Positions 1 through 12,455 of a stretch of 64,000 nt of DNA are shown piece by piece. The notes below the pieces were generated by a model. That model ran no database searches, was not told the origin of the DNA, and saw only the letters and a list, made by a program, of their open reading frames with translations. A program made the translations under genes and the position numbers. Within the stretch, counting starts at the first letter, position 1. Every line of letters starts with the position of its first letter. This stretch comes from Neoconidiobolus thromboides FSU 785 (lineage: Eukaryota > Fungi > Entomophthoromycota): NCBI GenBank assembly GCA_025603075.1, contig MU626272.1, positions 129,634 through 193,633 on the forward strand, in the 5' to 3' direction.

Positions 1-356
1 TGAGATTAAGACAAACCTTAAATCACGATGTAATTTGATATAAATATATATATATAATACGTTTAATAGCTATTGTTTTTATTTAATAGGACTCGGTAAT
101 TAAGATTCAATGGCAAAAAGCAAGTCCATATCTATTCTCTATTTCAGTTGACCAAAGTGTGAGATTGTGGGATGCACGTAATGGACAATTAGTTAAACAA
201 TGGAATGGACATACAGATTCTATCCTATCATTTGCTATTTCAAAGTAATAATTAACATTTATAATACAAATATTTTATTAAATTATTATTTTTAGTCAAG
301 GCGATAAGGTTATCACTGGCTCTGACGATGGCTGTTCTTTAGTATTTAAAGTTTAA
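1..356 (+). CDS. SQT1: 3' end of WD40 ribosome assembly protein (SQT1/AAMP-like), truncated by window start
   Basis: Spliced exons (1-29, 90-244, 296-356) read ...RQTLNHD-DSVIKIQWQKASPYLFSISVDQSVRLWDARNGQLVKQWNGHTDSILSFAISN-QGDKVITGSDDGCSLVFKV*, resembling the Sqt1/AAMP C-terminus; GT-AG introns. Confidence 0.7.
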
Positions 357-465
357 TAAAAAATCATAGAATTTATTGCTTATTTATTTTGTATTACTTT
401 AAACTTATTTTTGAGAATCAATTTTTATTTTTTGTTAAATTATATAAACTAGCAGAAATATTGAA

Positions 466-2666
466 ATGGGAGATAGCAATAATAAAGAAAGGATTCATTT
501 CGGTTCTATTGAAGAAATCGAAAAAGATAATAATAAAAGGGATATTCAAGAGGTAATTAGACTATTAACTACTAAATGAATGGTTTTAATCTTAATTTCA
601 TCATTTAGGTAAATCAAAATGATTTAGTCGATATAGATAAAATGGGTAAAACATTATAATATATCATAATAATTGTATTAAATAACTATTTGTAAAAATA
701 GAAACCAAATTTGGTTATAGAGAAGAAGTCGGCACTCGAGCATCATTAGAACAGCAGCAGCTATTAGAAGAATTCGAACGAAATAAGCGAGCAAAAAGTT
801 TAACTATACCAACAGATGATAATAAAGTCAAAGCTAAACTACGAGAATTAAAAGAACCTATTACTTTGTTTGGTGAAAGGGTAAATATTATTTACTATCA
901 ATTAATAATGTTTTGAATTTTATACTTTAATTTTTAGCCAGGTGACAGAAGGGCTCGATTAAGGACCTTATTGACTGGTGACAATACTATTACCATTGAG
1001 GACGAGGCTGCTGAAAGTAGTGGTAGTGAGGTAGTTTTTATAAATTTTTGAATTTAAAATATATTAATAATTAGTCTGGTGAATTCTTCACCTATGGCTC
1101 TGAGTATCTTAGACAAAGTAGAGTTGATATTGGATTGTTTTCACTCCCAAGGTAATTAATAATATTACAGAATTAAAATAACTAATGAATTCATAGAGCA
1201 CATGAGAGATTGAAGTTTGAGGCATCTGAAGAAAAAAGACCAATTGCACATGGAAAAGCATTAAGGCAAGATTTATTTAAATATTTAAAGGTATATATAA
1301 ACAAAGCCTATCGTTGTATTATTTTTTTATTTTATATTTATAGACATATGGTAACTATAGTTCCCAAGTTGGTGATGAAAGACCACTAACTCAATGTAAA
1401 TTCTCACCCGACTCAAAAATGTTACTAACTGGTTCTTGGAACGGAAATTGCAAATTATGGTCTATACCAGAATCAAAACATATCATGACATTTAGAGGTA
1501 TTTATTAATATTAAGGGTATTTATGTAAAGTAAACAATCGAAATAATTAGGACATACCGATAGACTTTGCGGTATTGCATTTCATCCCAAGTCAACTATT
1601 TCACAATCTAAATCAGAAGTTAATTTTGCAACTGGGTCTTCGGACAATTTGATTAACTTATGGGGACTTGAAAAGTAATTTTTATATATAATTATATTTT
1701 ATTTTATTAAATTAATTACAGAGACACACCAATTGAAACTTTATCTGGACATCAATCTAGAGTATCAAGAGTTGAGTTTCATCCTTCAGGCAAATACCTC
1801 GCATCCTCTAGGTAATTGTTTTATAATAATAATATTTAAGTAGTTAAATTTTATAAATATAGTTTTGATACAACATGGCGATTATGGGATGTTCATACAA
1901 GTAATGAAATATTAGTAGGACAAAATAGAGACAGAGAACTACTATTACAAGAAGGTCATTCTAGAGAAGTTTATAATTTATCATTTCAAGCCGATGGTTC
2001 TTTAATCGCAACTGGGTAATTTATAATTTTATAACAAGTATAGTGTATATTTATATCTCTTTAGTGGTTTAGATGCTATTGGTAGAGTTTGGGATCTAAG
2101 GAATGGAAAGTCCATAATGGATCTGAAAGGACATGTAAAGGAAATATTAGGCATTGATTTCTCGCCTAATGGGTAAGACTAATTCAAAAAATATATAAAA
2201 TATACACTCATTTAAAAATAGGCATGAAATTGCAACTTCTAGTGAAGATAATACAATCAAAATCTGGGATGTTCGTAAATTATCTACAATTTATACAATA
2301 CCTGCACATAAATCAATTGTGTCTGATGTGAAATATTATCATGGTGATGTTAAACTAAATCGGGAGCATGTTGATCCAGATACTAAAGTAAAATCCAACA
2401 TGGAAATCCCTATTAACGGGCTCTATCTTGTTTCCTCATCTTTTGACGGTATGTTAAAAATGTGGTCAGCTGATGATTATCGCCTTATTCATGCTATTTC
2501 TGCCCATGATGGTAAAGTCATGGGCTTCGATGTTGCGCCTGGTTTGTTTTTTTTTTATATATGTTAACAGGTGTTAATTTATTTTTATTTAGATAATAAG
2601 GTTATTGTTACTGCTGGTTATGATCGCACATTCAAGCTTTGGTCCTCAGATGAAGTTCCACTCTAA
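466..2666 (+). CDS. PRP4: U4/U6 snRNP protein Prp4 (PRPF4), multi-exon
   Basis: Exons encode [49 protein letters not shown] (SFM/PRP4 motif), [39 protein letters not shown] and WD40 repeats ending [18 protein letters not shown]; about 12 GT-AG introns. ORF 2319..2567 is one exon. Confidence 0.93.
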
Positions 2667-3128
2667 AGTTTTATAAAACAGCTTAAATCTATTTGTTTCA
2701 AGTTTACTGTTTGCCTTTTTAAAAATCACTTTTTATAACATTAAATAATCAAACAAATAAAAATCACCATTAATTAACCATATATTTAATAGAGAGTATT
2801 CAAAAGTGATTGATTATAATATATCATATTTAAATAAAGTACTACTTATTTTAATAAACCATCGATGAACTAATATTATGTTTTTGCCTGAGATAACAAT
2901 TCTTGATTTGCCCAAAATTCTCGAGAACTAAATTTTCTAGCCAATCCATTGCAATCCTTCTCAAATCAAAACTAGTGAATATTTTAACATACCAATTTCC
3001 ATAAAATTATTAGGTTCTCTTTTAATTACCCAGCGTAAATTTTAAATTTTAGCGGGAAAAGACCAACTTTATTAAAAGTAAACTTAATAAAAACAAATCA
3101 ATTTTAATCAAAGTTAGTTAACTGAATC

Positions 3129-4065
3129 ATGGTAATGGCAACCTTTTATACCTTTATAGCCCAAAACTTAATTTTACTCTTTTAGCCTCAAAATGATTAT
3201 ATTGACGAGAGTATCAAGCGCCATGGTCGCCGTTTCAATCATGAAGAACGCATGTAAAATAAATTCCCAATTTTAACACAAATAACTAAACCTATTTTAG
3301 GCGTAAGAAAGAAGCACGTTCAGCACATAAAGCTTCAGCATATGCTCAAAAAGTCCATGGTTTAAAGGCTAAGTTGTACAACAAGAAACGTCATGCTGAG
3401 AAGATTCAGATGAAGAAGACGATCAAGCAGCATGAAGAGAAATCAGCTAAAAAGAAGGGAGATGAAGCAGTACCAGAAGGTGCTGTACCAGCTTATCTTT
3501 TAGATCGTGAAAGTGAGAAGCGAGCTAAAGTATTAAGTAACATGGTCAAACAAAAGCGTAAAGAAAAGGCTGGAAAATGGGATGTACCATTACCTAAGGT
3601 ACGTGGTATTGCAGAAGATGAAATGTTTAAAGTGTTGAAGAGTGGTAAAAGTAAGAGTAAGCAATGGAAACGTATGGTGACCAAGTGTACTTTTGTTGGC
3701 GATGGTTTCACACGTAAACCACCAAAGTATGAAAGATTTATTCGTCCTATGGCTCTTCGTTATAAAAAGGCCCATGTTACCCATCCTGAGCTCAAAGCTA
3801 CTTTCCATCTTCCAATTATCGGTGTTAAAAAGAATCCACAATCACCATTATATACTCAATTAGGGGTTTTAACTAAAGGTACCGTTATTGAAGTTAATGT
3901 TTCCGAACTTGGGTTAGTTACCTCAGGCGGTAAAGTAGTTTGGGGTAAATTTGCACAAATTACAAATAATCCAGAGTTAGATGGGTGTATTAATGCAGTG
4001 GTAATTATATAATATATATTAATAGTAATAATTATTTATTAATATTTTTTTAGCTTTTGGTATAA
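3129..4065 (+). CDS. NSA2: Ribosome biogenesis protein Nsa2
   Basis: ATG-only first coding exon (3129-3131, intron 3132-3185), then [16 protein letters not shown]..., [55 protein letters not shown]. Confidence 0.97.
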
Positions 4066-5392
4066 ACGTAAATTAATGAAAAAATAAAAAATTGGTAATA
4101 AATTCTTTTATTTATGAGAATTTACTCTTGATTGAACCACCCTTTATCTCTTGTATCCTTTATATTTGTTTACATCTCCCTCCCCTTACCCATAGACCTC
4201 TCATTTATTTTTGGCGAATTTTAACTGAATTCTCTTTAATAAAGTAATTCTAGCATGAATTAAACTATGAAGCTATCGATTTTGATATGAATTTAAAAAT
4301 ATACAGTTATATAGTGTTTGAGACCATGCTTTCTTCTATTATGCCACATATTGACACAAAAAGTTAATATGAGTTTTTTAAAGTTATTTGTAATATAGTC
4401 CTTATACAATCATACAAAGTTGAATTTTGCACTTTTACATAATCATGGTTATTATTGTTCTGAATCTTCTTTTAACTGTTACTTTATATTAATAAATCCC
4501 TTGCTAGTTTTTAGCTTGACATATATTTCAAAAAAAGCAAAACAAATAAGATAAATACATATTTAAATAAAACTTTATTAATTTGCAAAAATTGAGTCAT
4601 ATTCATTCGAGTATTTTTCTAAATCATTGTTAGATCCAACACTTTGAATAATTATATATATTTATAATGAGTTAAAACACACTCAAGAAAAACATTTGAA
4701 TTATAATTATAATTATTATCAAATTCTACAATATTTAAATTTTTATATAATATACGTTTCTTTGCTTACAAATAATGGATTGCTAATAAAATTATAATAT
4801 TGTACTTTTAAGCTATATAGATTTAGACACAAAGTATGTAAAAATTATAAAACTCAATTTTCAAAGTGCAAAGACAAACCTTTAATGCTATTATATCGTT
4901 ACGCTTTTTGGGATAGATATCACTAATTAAAAAAAAGGAAATATTATACATGAATAACTAAATAAGTGAGTATTAACATATTTAATATAGAGTGAATAAA
5001 TTTAGATGTAAATTTAATACAATAGTCTAAACTTAGTTGATTTAATTTTGGAAATAATTCATTATTATCACTACTTTAAAACCAAATTGTTTATTTAATA
5101 TAAAATTAAGTTGAAAATAACTTAATTTGAGTGTTTTTAAATTTCTAAATTATTTATTTTCAAAATAAACTAGTAAATTTAAATCTATTTTTAATAGCAT
5201 TTTTTCAAAAACTTTAATATCTGAGTTAATCTATATTATAAAAAAAAGTATAAAAAACATACTTAACTATAATAAATAACGTCATCTTATCGAGTTAAAT
5301 TTAATAGGATTATTTTACAAAAATCCCATATTATTTTTTCAATTAAAAAAGGCCAAGTTAATTAATTTAATTATATTTTAAAATAAACATTA

Positions 5393-5489
5393 GGGGATGT
5401 ATTTTTGTGTTTAAGAATTTTGCTCAATTTTTCTACTCAAATAACGCTTAAAAGATGGAAAAAATAATGAAGCCAAAAAAAACATCACC
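5393..5489 (+). mobile_element. MITE family A copy 1
   Basis: GGGGATGTATTTTTG...AAAACATCACC flanked on both sides by ATTA (non-palindromic 4-bp direct repeat). Confidence 0.9.
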
Positions 5490-5566
5490 ATTAATACTAC
5501 TCAGCTATGCTTTTTATTTTGATTTGATTATTAAATTATTAAAAAGAATTCCTTATTTATTGATAT

Positions 5567-5663
5567 GGGGATGTATTTTTGTGTTTAAGAATTTTACTGA
5601 CAATCTTTCTACTCAAATAGTACTTAAAAGACGGAAAAAATAATGAAGCCAAAAAAGCACCTC
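5567..5663 (+). mobile_element. MITE family A copy 2
   Basis: Same internal sequence; ATAT flanks on both sides. Confidence 0.9.
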
Positions 5664-7661
5664 ATATTATCATCAAGATTTTTCAATACTAGGAATAATT
5701 TTAATTATTAGCATTTTAATAAAGCTAAAAAAAGTTCTTTTTATTCAAAAGAGCAAATTGCTTATAATATAAAAAATAAAATATTTATTATATTTCCAGG
5801 AATGAAAACACTTAAGCTCTATTGCTTTTTCATTATCAAAAAGACTCTTTATTAATTGAAAGTCTGTTAAAAGTCTGTTAAAAATACAAATATTCGAATA
5901 CAACTCTTTGAGTTTAAATATGAAATATATAACAATGATTTTTATATTTAATAGATATCTTATTGCCCTGATCTAAAGCCTAAAGTACCAATTTTTATTC
6001 TCAAATAAGTGTGGACTTAAACTTAAGTAGTTGTAAGCTTACCTCATATTCAAAAAATATTTAGGCTAATTCAACATTAAACTAAAGCCACAAAAGATAT
6101 TTTTGGCTTTTTTTCACCTCTGATTAAATCAAAAAAATTTACTTAATTTTCCCGTTTTAACTGCTATTTTTTGAATAATAATTCAGTATAAAAATAAACA
6201 TCAACCCAAATTTAGTTTAGGGTGGTTTTGGTTTTACCTTCAACCAATAAAATGGACAGAAGTTGTATACCTGATTTACTGAAATAAGCAAAAGATGTGG
6301 GTGTCAAAAAGATAACAAATTTTATCTGTCCAGATTTGATCACAGCTTTATCTATTAATAAATTTGTATTTAAATGCTAAACAATGGCAATAAATAAAAT
6401 TTCAAAAGCCTATCTAATCTTTATATTCTATTAGTGTCATAACAATCAAAGCCTTGTGATCGCATATCCTAATTTATTATCTCTGGCATCTTCAATATCG
6501 ATTACTATCTAAAAGTAATCGATTTACATTAAAAATCGAATTGAAGTTATCGTTTCTATTTATTGTTTACCATAATACTTATTTAGGGGGCAATTAAAAC
6601 AGTTCTTTATCAAATTTATTAGTAGAACGGTGCTTTATATTTTTAATTAACTGCTTATCAATGTGTTGTAATTGACCATTTTAGTCTTTTGAGCTTAGTT
6701 TTATATTAAATTAGAGTTGATAAGAATAAATTTAATTTACAAACTGATATTGTAAAAATAAGATATTAAAATATTATATTTTTATTCTATTTTTATGATG
6801 ACTATGAGAGTTTCGAAAGATCCTAATAAGTTTTAATTTTATTGAAGACGTTTAAAAAAGATCAAAAATAGTTAGATTTTAAGAATTTTCATTTTAATTA
6901 AACTTTCCGTCACTTTAAAAATTGTTGTTTTGTTAAGCTATTTTATCCCCTTCCACTATATCATTGTTCTTGGGCTTAAATTGAAGTGAGAATTTAACTT
7001 TAACTGTTATTTTTTTAGATAAAAGTTATACAAATGAATTCAAATTAAGCCTAGTAAATTTTAATAATAATTAAATAATATGAAATTATTATTAGGAAAT
7101 TTTAACTTTAAGTTTGACTAATATTTCTTTGCGTTATTGAAAAGGAGATTTTACTTAAGGAATCACTATTATCTAATTGAAGGACTTTATTTCCACTTCA
7201 TAAAAAACCCAAGCACCAAGCTCGCAGTATTCAAAAAAGAGTGAAGTGACATAGCATGAAGGTTAGTAAACAAATAATTACCTCTATTAATAAAAGAATA
7301 CATAAATATAATAATAAAACACCCATTTATCTTTATTATCAACATATTTTTAGATAAATTTGATAAGCTTAACTTCAATTTCTAGTATTGATTTCCTTGA
7401 TGAACTTCATGCTTTAAGCCTAAGCTTTCTATTAATTAAACTGTGCTTAAAATAACTTTTAAACATGTAAAATATAGAATGATAACAGATTTTAAATTTA
7501 ATTAAATGGCACCATAAATTAAAATCTTATCAAATAAATAAATAATATTCTAAATTAAATATATATTATTATAAAATAAATTTTATATTTTATTACATAG
7601 CACAACTTAATTGGAGAAGATAAATAAATGTTTTGAATCAACAAAATAGCAAAATAAAGAA

Positions 7662-8492
7662 TTAAAATAATAAATTTCTAGCCCAGCAAACCACTTCATA
7701 AGTAGTGGTTACCGCTTGTACACATCTTTGTATTAAATCTGGGTCCCCGTTCATTTCCTTGGGATATATCCTTGAGGCTTGAGATGCTTTATATGAAAGA
7801 AAAGAATCGAGTTCATCATCTTCATTGAATAAAGAAGTATCAACTTGTTTTAATATTATTAAATCTTCTTCTTCATTCTTTATAATCGTAGGTTCCATTT
7901 TTTTTACCATTCTTAAATCTTTTTGATTATCTGTTATAATAAATTGTTCTACTCTATGATTAAATCTTAACTTCGTTTTCTTTTTTGGTTTCTCTTTGAA
8001 TAGGTCAGTATTTAGAGGCGTTAATTTCTTTAAAGCTGGTTTTAATTGAGTAGGTATAGCATTAACAAAGGAAGGTGATTTTGAAACTGGTGCACTTGAT
8101 GTTAAACTTGGGTTTTTGTTCTTAAGTAAGGGTCCATACAACCAAGTGATATCATTTTCTTTATACCAATTTAATTTCTCTGGATTAAGGGTTGGTATAT
8201 TTTTACGTTGTTTAGCCCATATCCTCCAAGATGCATTCTCTAATCTTGAACAATTTAAACTGGTATCACTATGTCTAGATACTGCTTTCCATGATAAAGC
8301 TAAATCTTCAAATTCCCATTGATGAGTGAGATAATCGACACATTGGGATGGGACAGGTGCTCTTTCGAATGGATCATCGATATCTGTTGTTGGTGAAGTT
8401 ATTTCCCATCCACAATTTGTAGGGACACAAGGCGGTAGATGGTGTCCTTTAAATAAGTTTGAATTATTTGGTGGAGTGCTTGATAAAAGCAT
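7662..8492 (-). CDS. Reg1/Reg2-like PP1 regulatory subunit (DUF1752)
   Basis: Intronless ORF with SWKAV..RLENASWRIWAK, ENDITWLYGPL and KLRFNHRVEQ (compare the Reg1 PP1-docking HIHFNDRVEQ). Confidence 0.8.
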   Translation of the reverse strand: MLLSSTPPNNSNLFKGHHLPPCVPTNCGWEITSPTTDIDDPFERAPVPSQCVDYLTHQWEFEDLALSWKAVSRHSDTSLNCSRLENASWRIWAKQRKNIPTLNPEKLNWYKENDITWLYGPLLKNKNPSLTSSAPVSKSPSFVNAIPTQLKPALKKLTPLNTDLFKEKPKKKTKLRFNHRVEQFIITDNQKDLRMVKKMEPTIIKNEEEDLIILKQVDTSLFNEDDELDSFLSYKASQASRIYPKEMNGDPDLIQRCVQAVTTTYEVVCWARNLLF

Positions 8493-8825
8493 ATTGAATT
8501 ATAATACAAGAAGTAAAAATATATTTTTTAAAATTAATATCAACATGGAATATTTTTCCACCTATTTATATACAGCTATTTGTGGTAAGAGATAAGAATT
8601 AAGTTAGTGCATTAAATCAAGTTAAGTTGCTAGATTTATATAGCTATTTTTAAAGCATCCCTTTTTCTCATGCTTAAAATGGGCAAAAAGATTCAAGTTC
8701 GATGGTTTAAACTAGATAAGAAATTATTAATCTCATCAAATTCATTAAGTTTGTGTACAATGATTGGTAAATAGAACTTATCTAACCAATTATATATCTT
8801 TATTAATTTACTTGATATAAATATT

Positions 8826-9040
8826 CTCACCCCTTAATACAAAAGACTATTTGAGATTATTAAATTATTGCTCTTGACCTGTTAGCAGGTATTGAACTGT
8901 AAGTTTTAATTAGTTCCTATTGGGTGAGCTTAATTTAAGACCAATAATATCATTTGAAGCTATCATTGTTTCATTTTTACTTGTATGTGACCAATAGTAT
9001 TAATAAAATTTACTTCAATATTATCAAAATAAGGGGTGAG
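8826..9040. mobile_element. Putative Tc1/mariner-type MITE (family B)
   Basis: Perfect 11-bp inverted repeat CTCACCCCTTA (8826-8836) / TAAGGGGTGAG (9030-9040); TA on the right flank, TT on the left. Only one copy seen. Confidence 0.4.
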
Positions 9041-10295
9041 TAGAAAAAGTTCAACATTGTAGTTAAGGTGCATACTGGCTTGCTTAAATTTTATAAATTA
9101 AACAAGATTATCAAGAGAAATACGACAATTGCTATTTCATTAGTTGAAAATTTGTTAAAAAAAACTAATAAAACCTAGAATTATAATATACAAAATAAGT
9201 TGTTAGTTATCTCACTTCCTTTTTTTAAAGATAAAGTGATCAACTTAACAAAAATAATTGGGGTTTCAACTTTCTTTAGCATGATTAGCTCATGATAACT
9301 TTTTTGTCAAGTTGTTTTAAAAGCCTTTACAGTTAGAGGGGAATTTTCCCACGGTTTAACACATGATTTAATCCAAATTGGGATCTAGACACTTCTAATT
9401 GGTTTATTATATTGATCCCTTTTTATTCTTTTTAACTAGAATTTCATTGTTTTATCATATAAATTATCATTTAATGATATAAACCAAAATTAAAATAAAA
9501 TCATACTACTAAGATTAATAAAAAACTATTGAATTTATTATTATTATATTATTTAGAATGTTATATTAATTTAACCTATCTAAAATGACATTAACAATAA
9601 GCTGTAAATTAATTTTAGTACTATTTTATATTTAATCATTAATTCTAATTAAAAAAATTCTAAATGTAACAATCAATTAAAACATTATAATCATTGTTTA
9701 ACATCAAAATAGAATCCAGCTGAAAAAATCAAGTTTCATGTCATATAAAATACATTGTGTGATAAAATCAATAATGCTAGCAATCTAATGATATTACATA
9801 ATTTAGTTTTTAAATTTATTAAGATTTTAACACTTTTATACATTTCATAATATGCTTTAAAACTATCATTATGAAAATAATTTTACTGTTATAAATGATA
9901 TTATATATATTAATGCAGTATAGTGATGAGTAATAGCAAAAACTAGTTTTATAGGATCTTATTATTTTAATACATTTATATGATAAATTTTACACACTTT
10001 ATTTAATGTGTTCTTATTTTCAAGATAATTAATATGGAATTGATGATTTATCTTTAATAAATGTTATTCATTTAGTTGTAGCAAAGCACTATAATATTTT
10101 AAAAGCTAAAATGATATAATAGGTGGGAAAAATAATCAATGTTAATAGGTTACTTAGAATACAGTGAAGATAAAATCTTTGTTTAATTTTATCGTTGTTT
10201 TATAATAAGGATTTAAAAAGCAGATACTGTTGATTAAAATCAATATTTTAATTTTTCAATTTCTGTGTATTTAAGACTGAAATTAGATTAGATAT

Positions 10296-10390
10296 GGGGA
10301 TGTTTTTTTGATTTCATTACTTTCCCTTTTTAAGCACTATTTGAGCAGAAAAATTGTTAGTAAAATTCTTAAATATAAAAATACATCCCC
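10296..10390 (-). mobile_element. MITE family A copy 3
   Basis: Reverse orientation; GGGGATGT...ACATCCCC with ATAT flanks. Confidence 0.92.
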
Positions 10391-10726
10391 ATATATTACA
10401 TAAAATTAAGATTTATTTTTAATATATTTTTATTGAAAGTTATGATAATTTTTTAAATAATCCCTAGATCAATTAAATATTTAAAAATATAATTACATTT
10501 CACATTAACTCTCTAGATTTGTTTTACTTTCCAAACAAAGAAACTCTATTCCATTTTTCTATGAATGCTTCTTGCTACAAATATCACTTTACTTTAAGAT
10601 TATAGTTCTGGACTTGGTTTTACCTCTTGCTTTTATTTCTCCAGTTATTACTGAGATCTGTTAATTTTATGATGTGGCTATTAAACTTTACCCTTCCGCA
10701 ACAGACTCTCTTCAACTATAACATAT

Positions 10727-10826
10727 GGGGATGTATTTTTTGTATTTAAGAATTTTACTAACAATTTTTTCACTCAAATAGCGCTTAAAAGATGGAAAAA
10801 GTAATGAAGCCAAGAAAAGCACTCTC
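10727..10826 (+). mobile_element. MITE family A copy 4
   Basis: Full length, ATAT flanks. Confidence 0.9.
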
Positions 10827-11844
10827 ATATTGTATATTATTTATCAGAGCATTCTACGCCCATAAATCGTTCATCATCGCTTTAATTGTTTTAACTATTC
10901 TTTTTCTGGACTTGAAAACTTATTATTAAGCTGTCTTCTTTTTTAGTTTTATTATAAAACTTGCTTTTCTTGGCTAAACTCCTCTCTCCCACCAATTCTT
11001 TTAATTGGAATTTATTATCATAAAGATACGGAAAATAGTTATGCCTTGGGTTAAATTTTATTCCCATATATCAAAATTAAAAAAGTAGGGTTATTAATTG
11101 CAATATTAACTTTAAAGAGGGCTTTAGTTACTTAGCTTTTCTCTATTTATAAGTTGGTAGAATTAAAAAAAGAGAAGAGAAATATATTTATCAAATAAAG
11201 TTTCTATCTAAAAAGGTAAATATTAATATAGGTCAAGATGCCATCAGACTAGCAGCTAACGAGCTAATATTTTTACTTTTGTAGGATTTGATAATCGAAA
11301 TAATAATTAGGGACAAGAAGGAGTTAAAGTAGGTTTCTTTTGTAATAATGGCATAAAGTTTCTCTATAATATTTCCAGAAGGATTTGAGGGAGGAGGTTT
11401 TTTATAATATTAATATACAAGTGTTTTTTTACTTTATTCTGTTTTACTCAATAAGTGATGAATGTTTAGTTCTTAATCATTTTTAGAAGATTATTAAATG
11501 TATAGATTTACGTATTGTATTTAACTCATAAATTTAAGTAAAAGAAAAATATATTCACTAAATATAAGACTATACCAAAATACTGCACCTTTCAAATACT
11601 TAGTAACTATCATATAGACAAGTTTTATCAATAGGATTTTAAATTATAAATTTCAATATAAAAATAAAATAAAATATTCCTCACTTAATAAACTAAAACA
11701 ACTACCATTTCAAAAGATAAAAATATGCAATAAGCCCAAATTCTATTCAATGGTAAAGGGTAGATTATGTGACTAAAAAATAAAATATATCAAATTTATA
11801 AGCTCGTATATTAAATTAACATTGACATTTTTATCTTCCTCTTT

Positions 11845-12189
11845 TTAGATATAAACGTGTACCACGCCATAAAACAGTGTCCAAAATAAAACATGGGAAA
11901 GTAATCCACCAAGTACTCCATGCCACATCATCGCTGTCATTGGAGAAACAAATAAATCCTCAAGTCTCTGTTTTGTAGGTAATACTTTTAATACATAAAT
12001 CAACATGGACATCACAATGGAACATATTAAATAAAATAAAAAACCAGAATAGCCTTTGAGTCCGAGTATACCACTGATAGCTCCAGAAAACATAGATAAG
12101 CAACTACGGAGAAAATCAACTGTTTCCAGATTTTGTTGCATATATAACTGATCATATTTTTCCAGAGTAGGGTCAAGTTTAGGATCCAT
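11845..12189 (-). CDS. EMC6: ER membrane protein complex subunit 6
   Basis: 114 aa, three hydrophobic helices; NLETVDFLRSCLSMFSGAISGILGLKGYSGFLFY and terminal GLLSHVLFWTLFYGVVHVY typical of EMC6. Confidence 0.88.
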   Translation of the reverse strand: MDPKLDPTLEKYDQLYMQQNLETVDFLRSCLSMFSGAISGILGLKGYSGFLFYLICSIVMSMLIYVLKVLPTKQRLEDLFVSPMTAMMWHGVLGGLLSHVLFWTLFYGVVHVYI

Positions 12190-12338
12190 TTTTTTTAAGT
12201 TTTATAAAAAGATAAAATTTTTAGATTTTCAAAAGTTGAGTTTTTGAATTTCAAAAGCTGGAAATTTTTTAGGATTCTATTCTCTATTAAAAATTTAAAT
12301 AAATACATGTCAAAGTATATTAAATACATTGAACTACT

Positions 12339-12376
12339 AAATAAATAAATAAATAGATAAATAAATAAATAATAAT
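12339..12376. repeat. (AAAT)n microsatellite
   Basis: aaataaataaataaatagataaataaataaataataat in the TYW1 3' region. Confidence 0.7.
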
Positions 12377-12455
12377 AAAACCTCAATTTGCATATAAAAA
12401 ATATTTATTACAAATAAAATCTATCAATAGTAACCCTAAATCAATCTCAATCTTT

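Noticed and set aside
5455-5643. ORFs 5455..5643 and 61081..61272
   Set aside because: They run through adjacent MITE copies and are reading-frame artefacts of the repeat.
5393-5663. CRISPR-like array (near-identical repeats separated by unique DNA)
   Set aside because: Repeats are about 97 bp, dispersed, in both orientations and have TIRs and TSDs, in an intron-rich eukaryote; they are MITEs.
6497-6523. Perfect 10-bp hairpins (also 5103-5128)
   Set aside because: Short AT-rich palindromes are expected by chance; no TSD or second copy.
10500-11420. Alternative genetic code (TAA/TAG = Gln), suggested by Gln-like stops in decayed frames
   Set aside because: All intact genes lack in-frame TAA/TAG and terminate with them. 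This region also reads equally plausibly in other frames, so no gene call is made.
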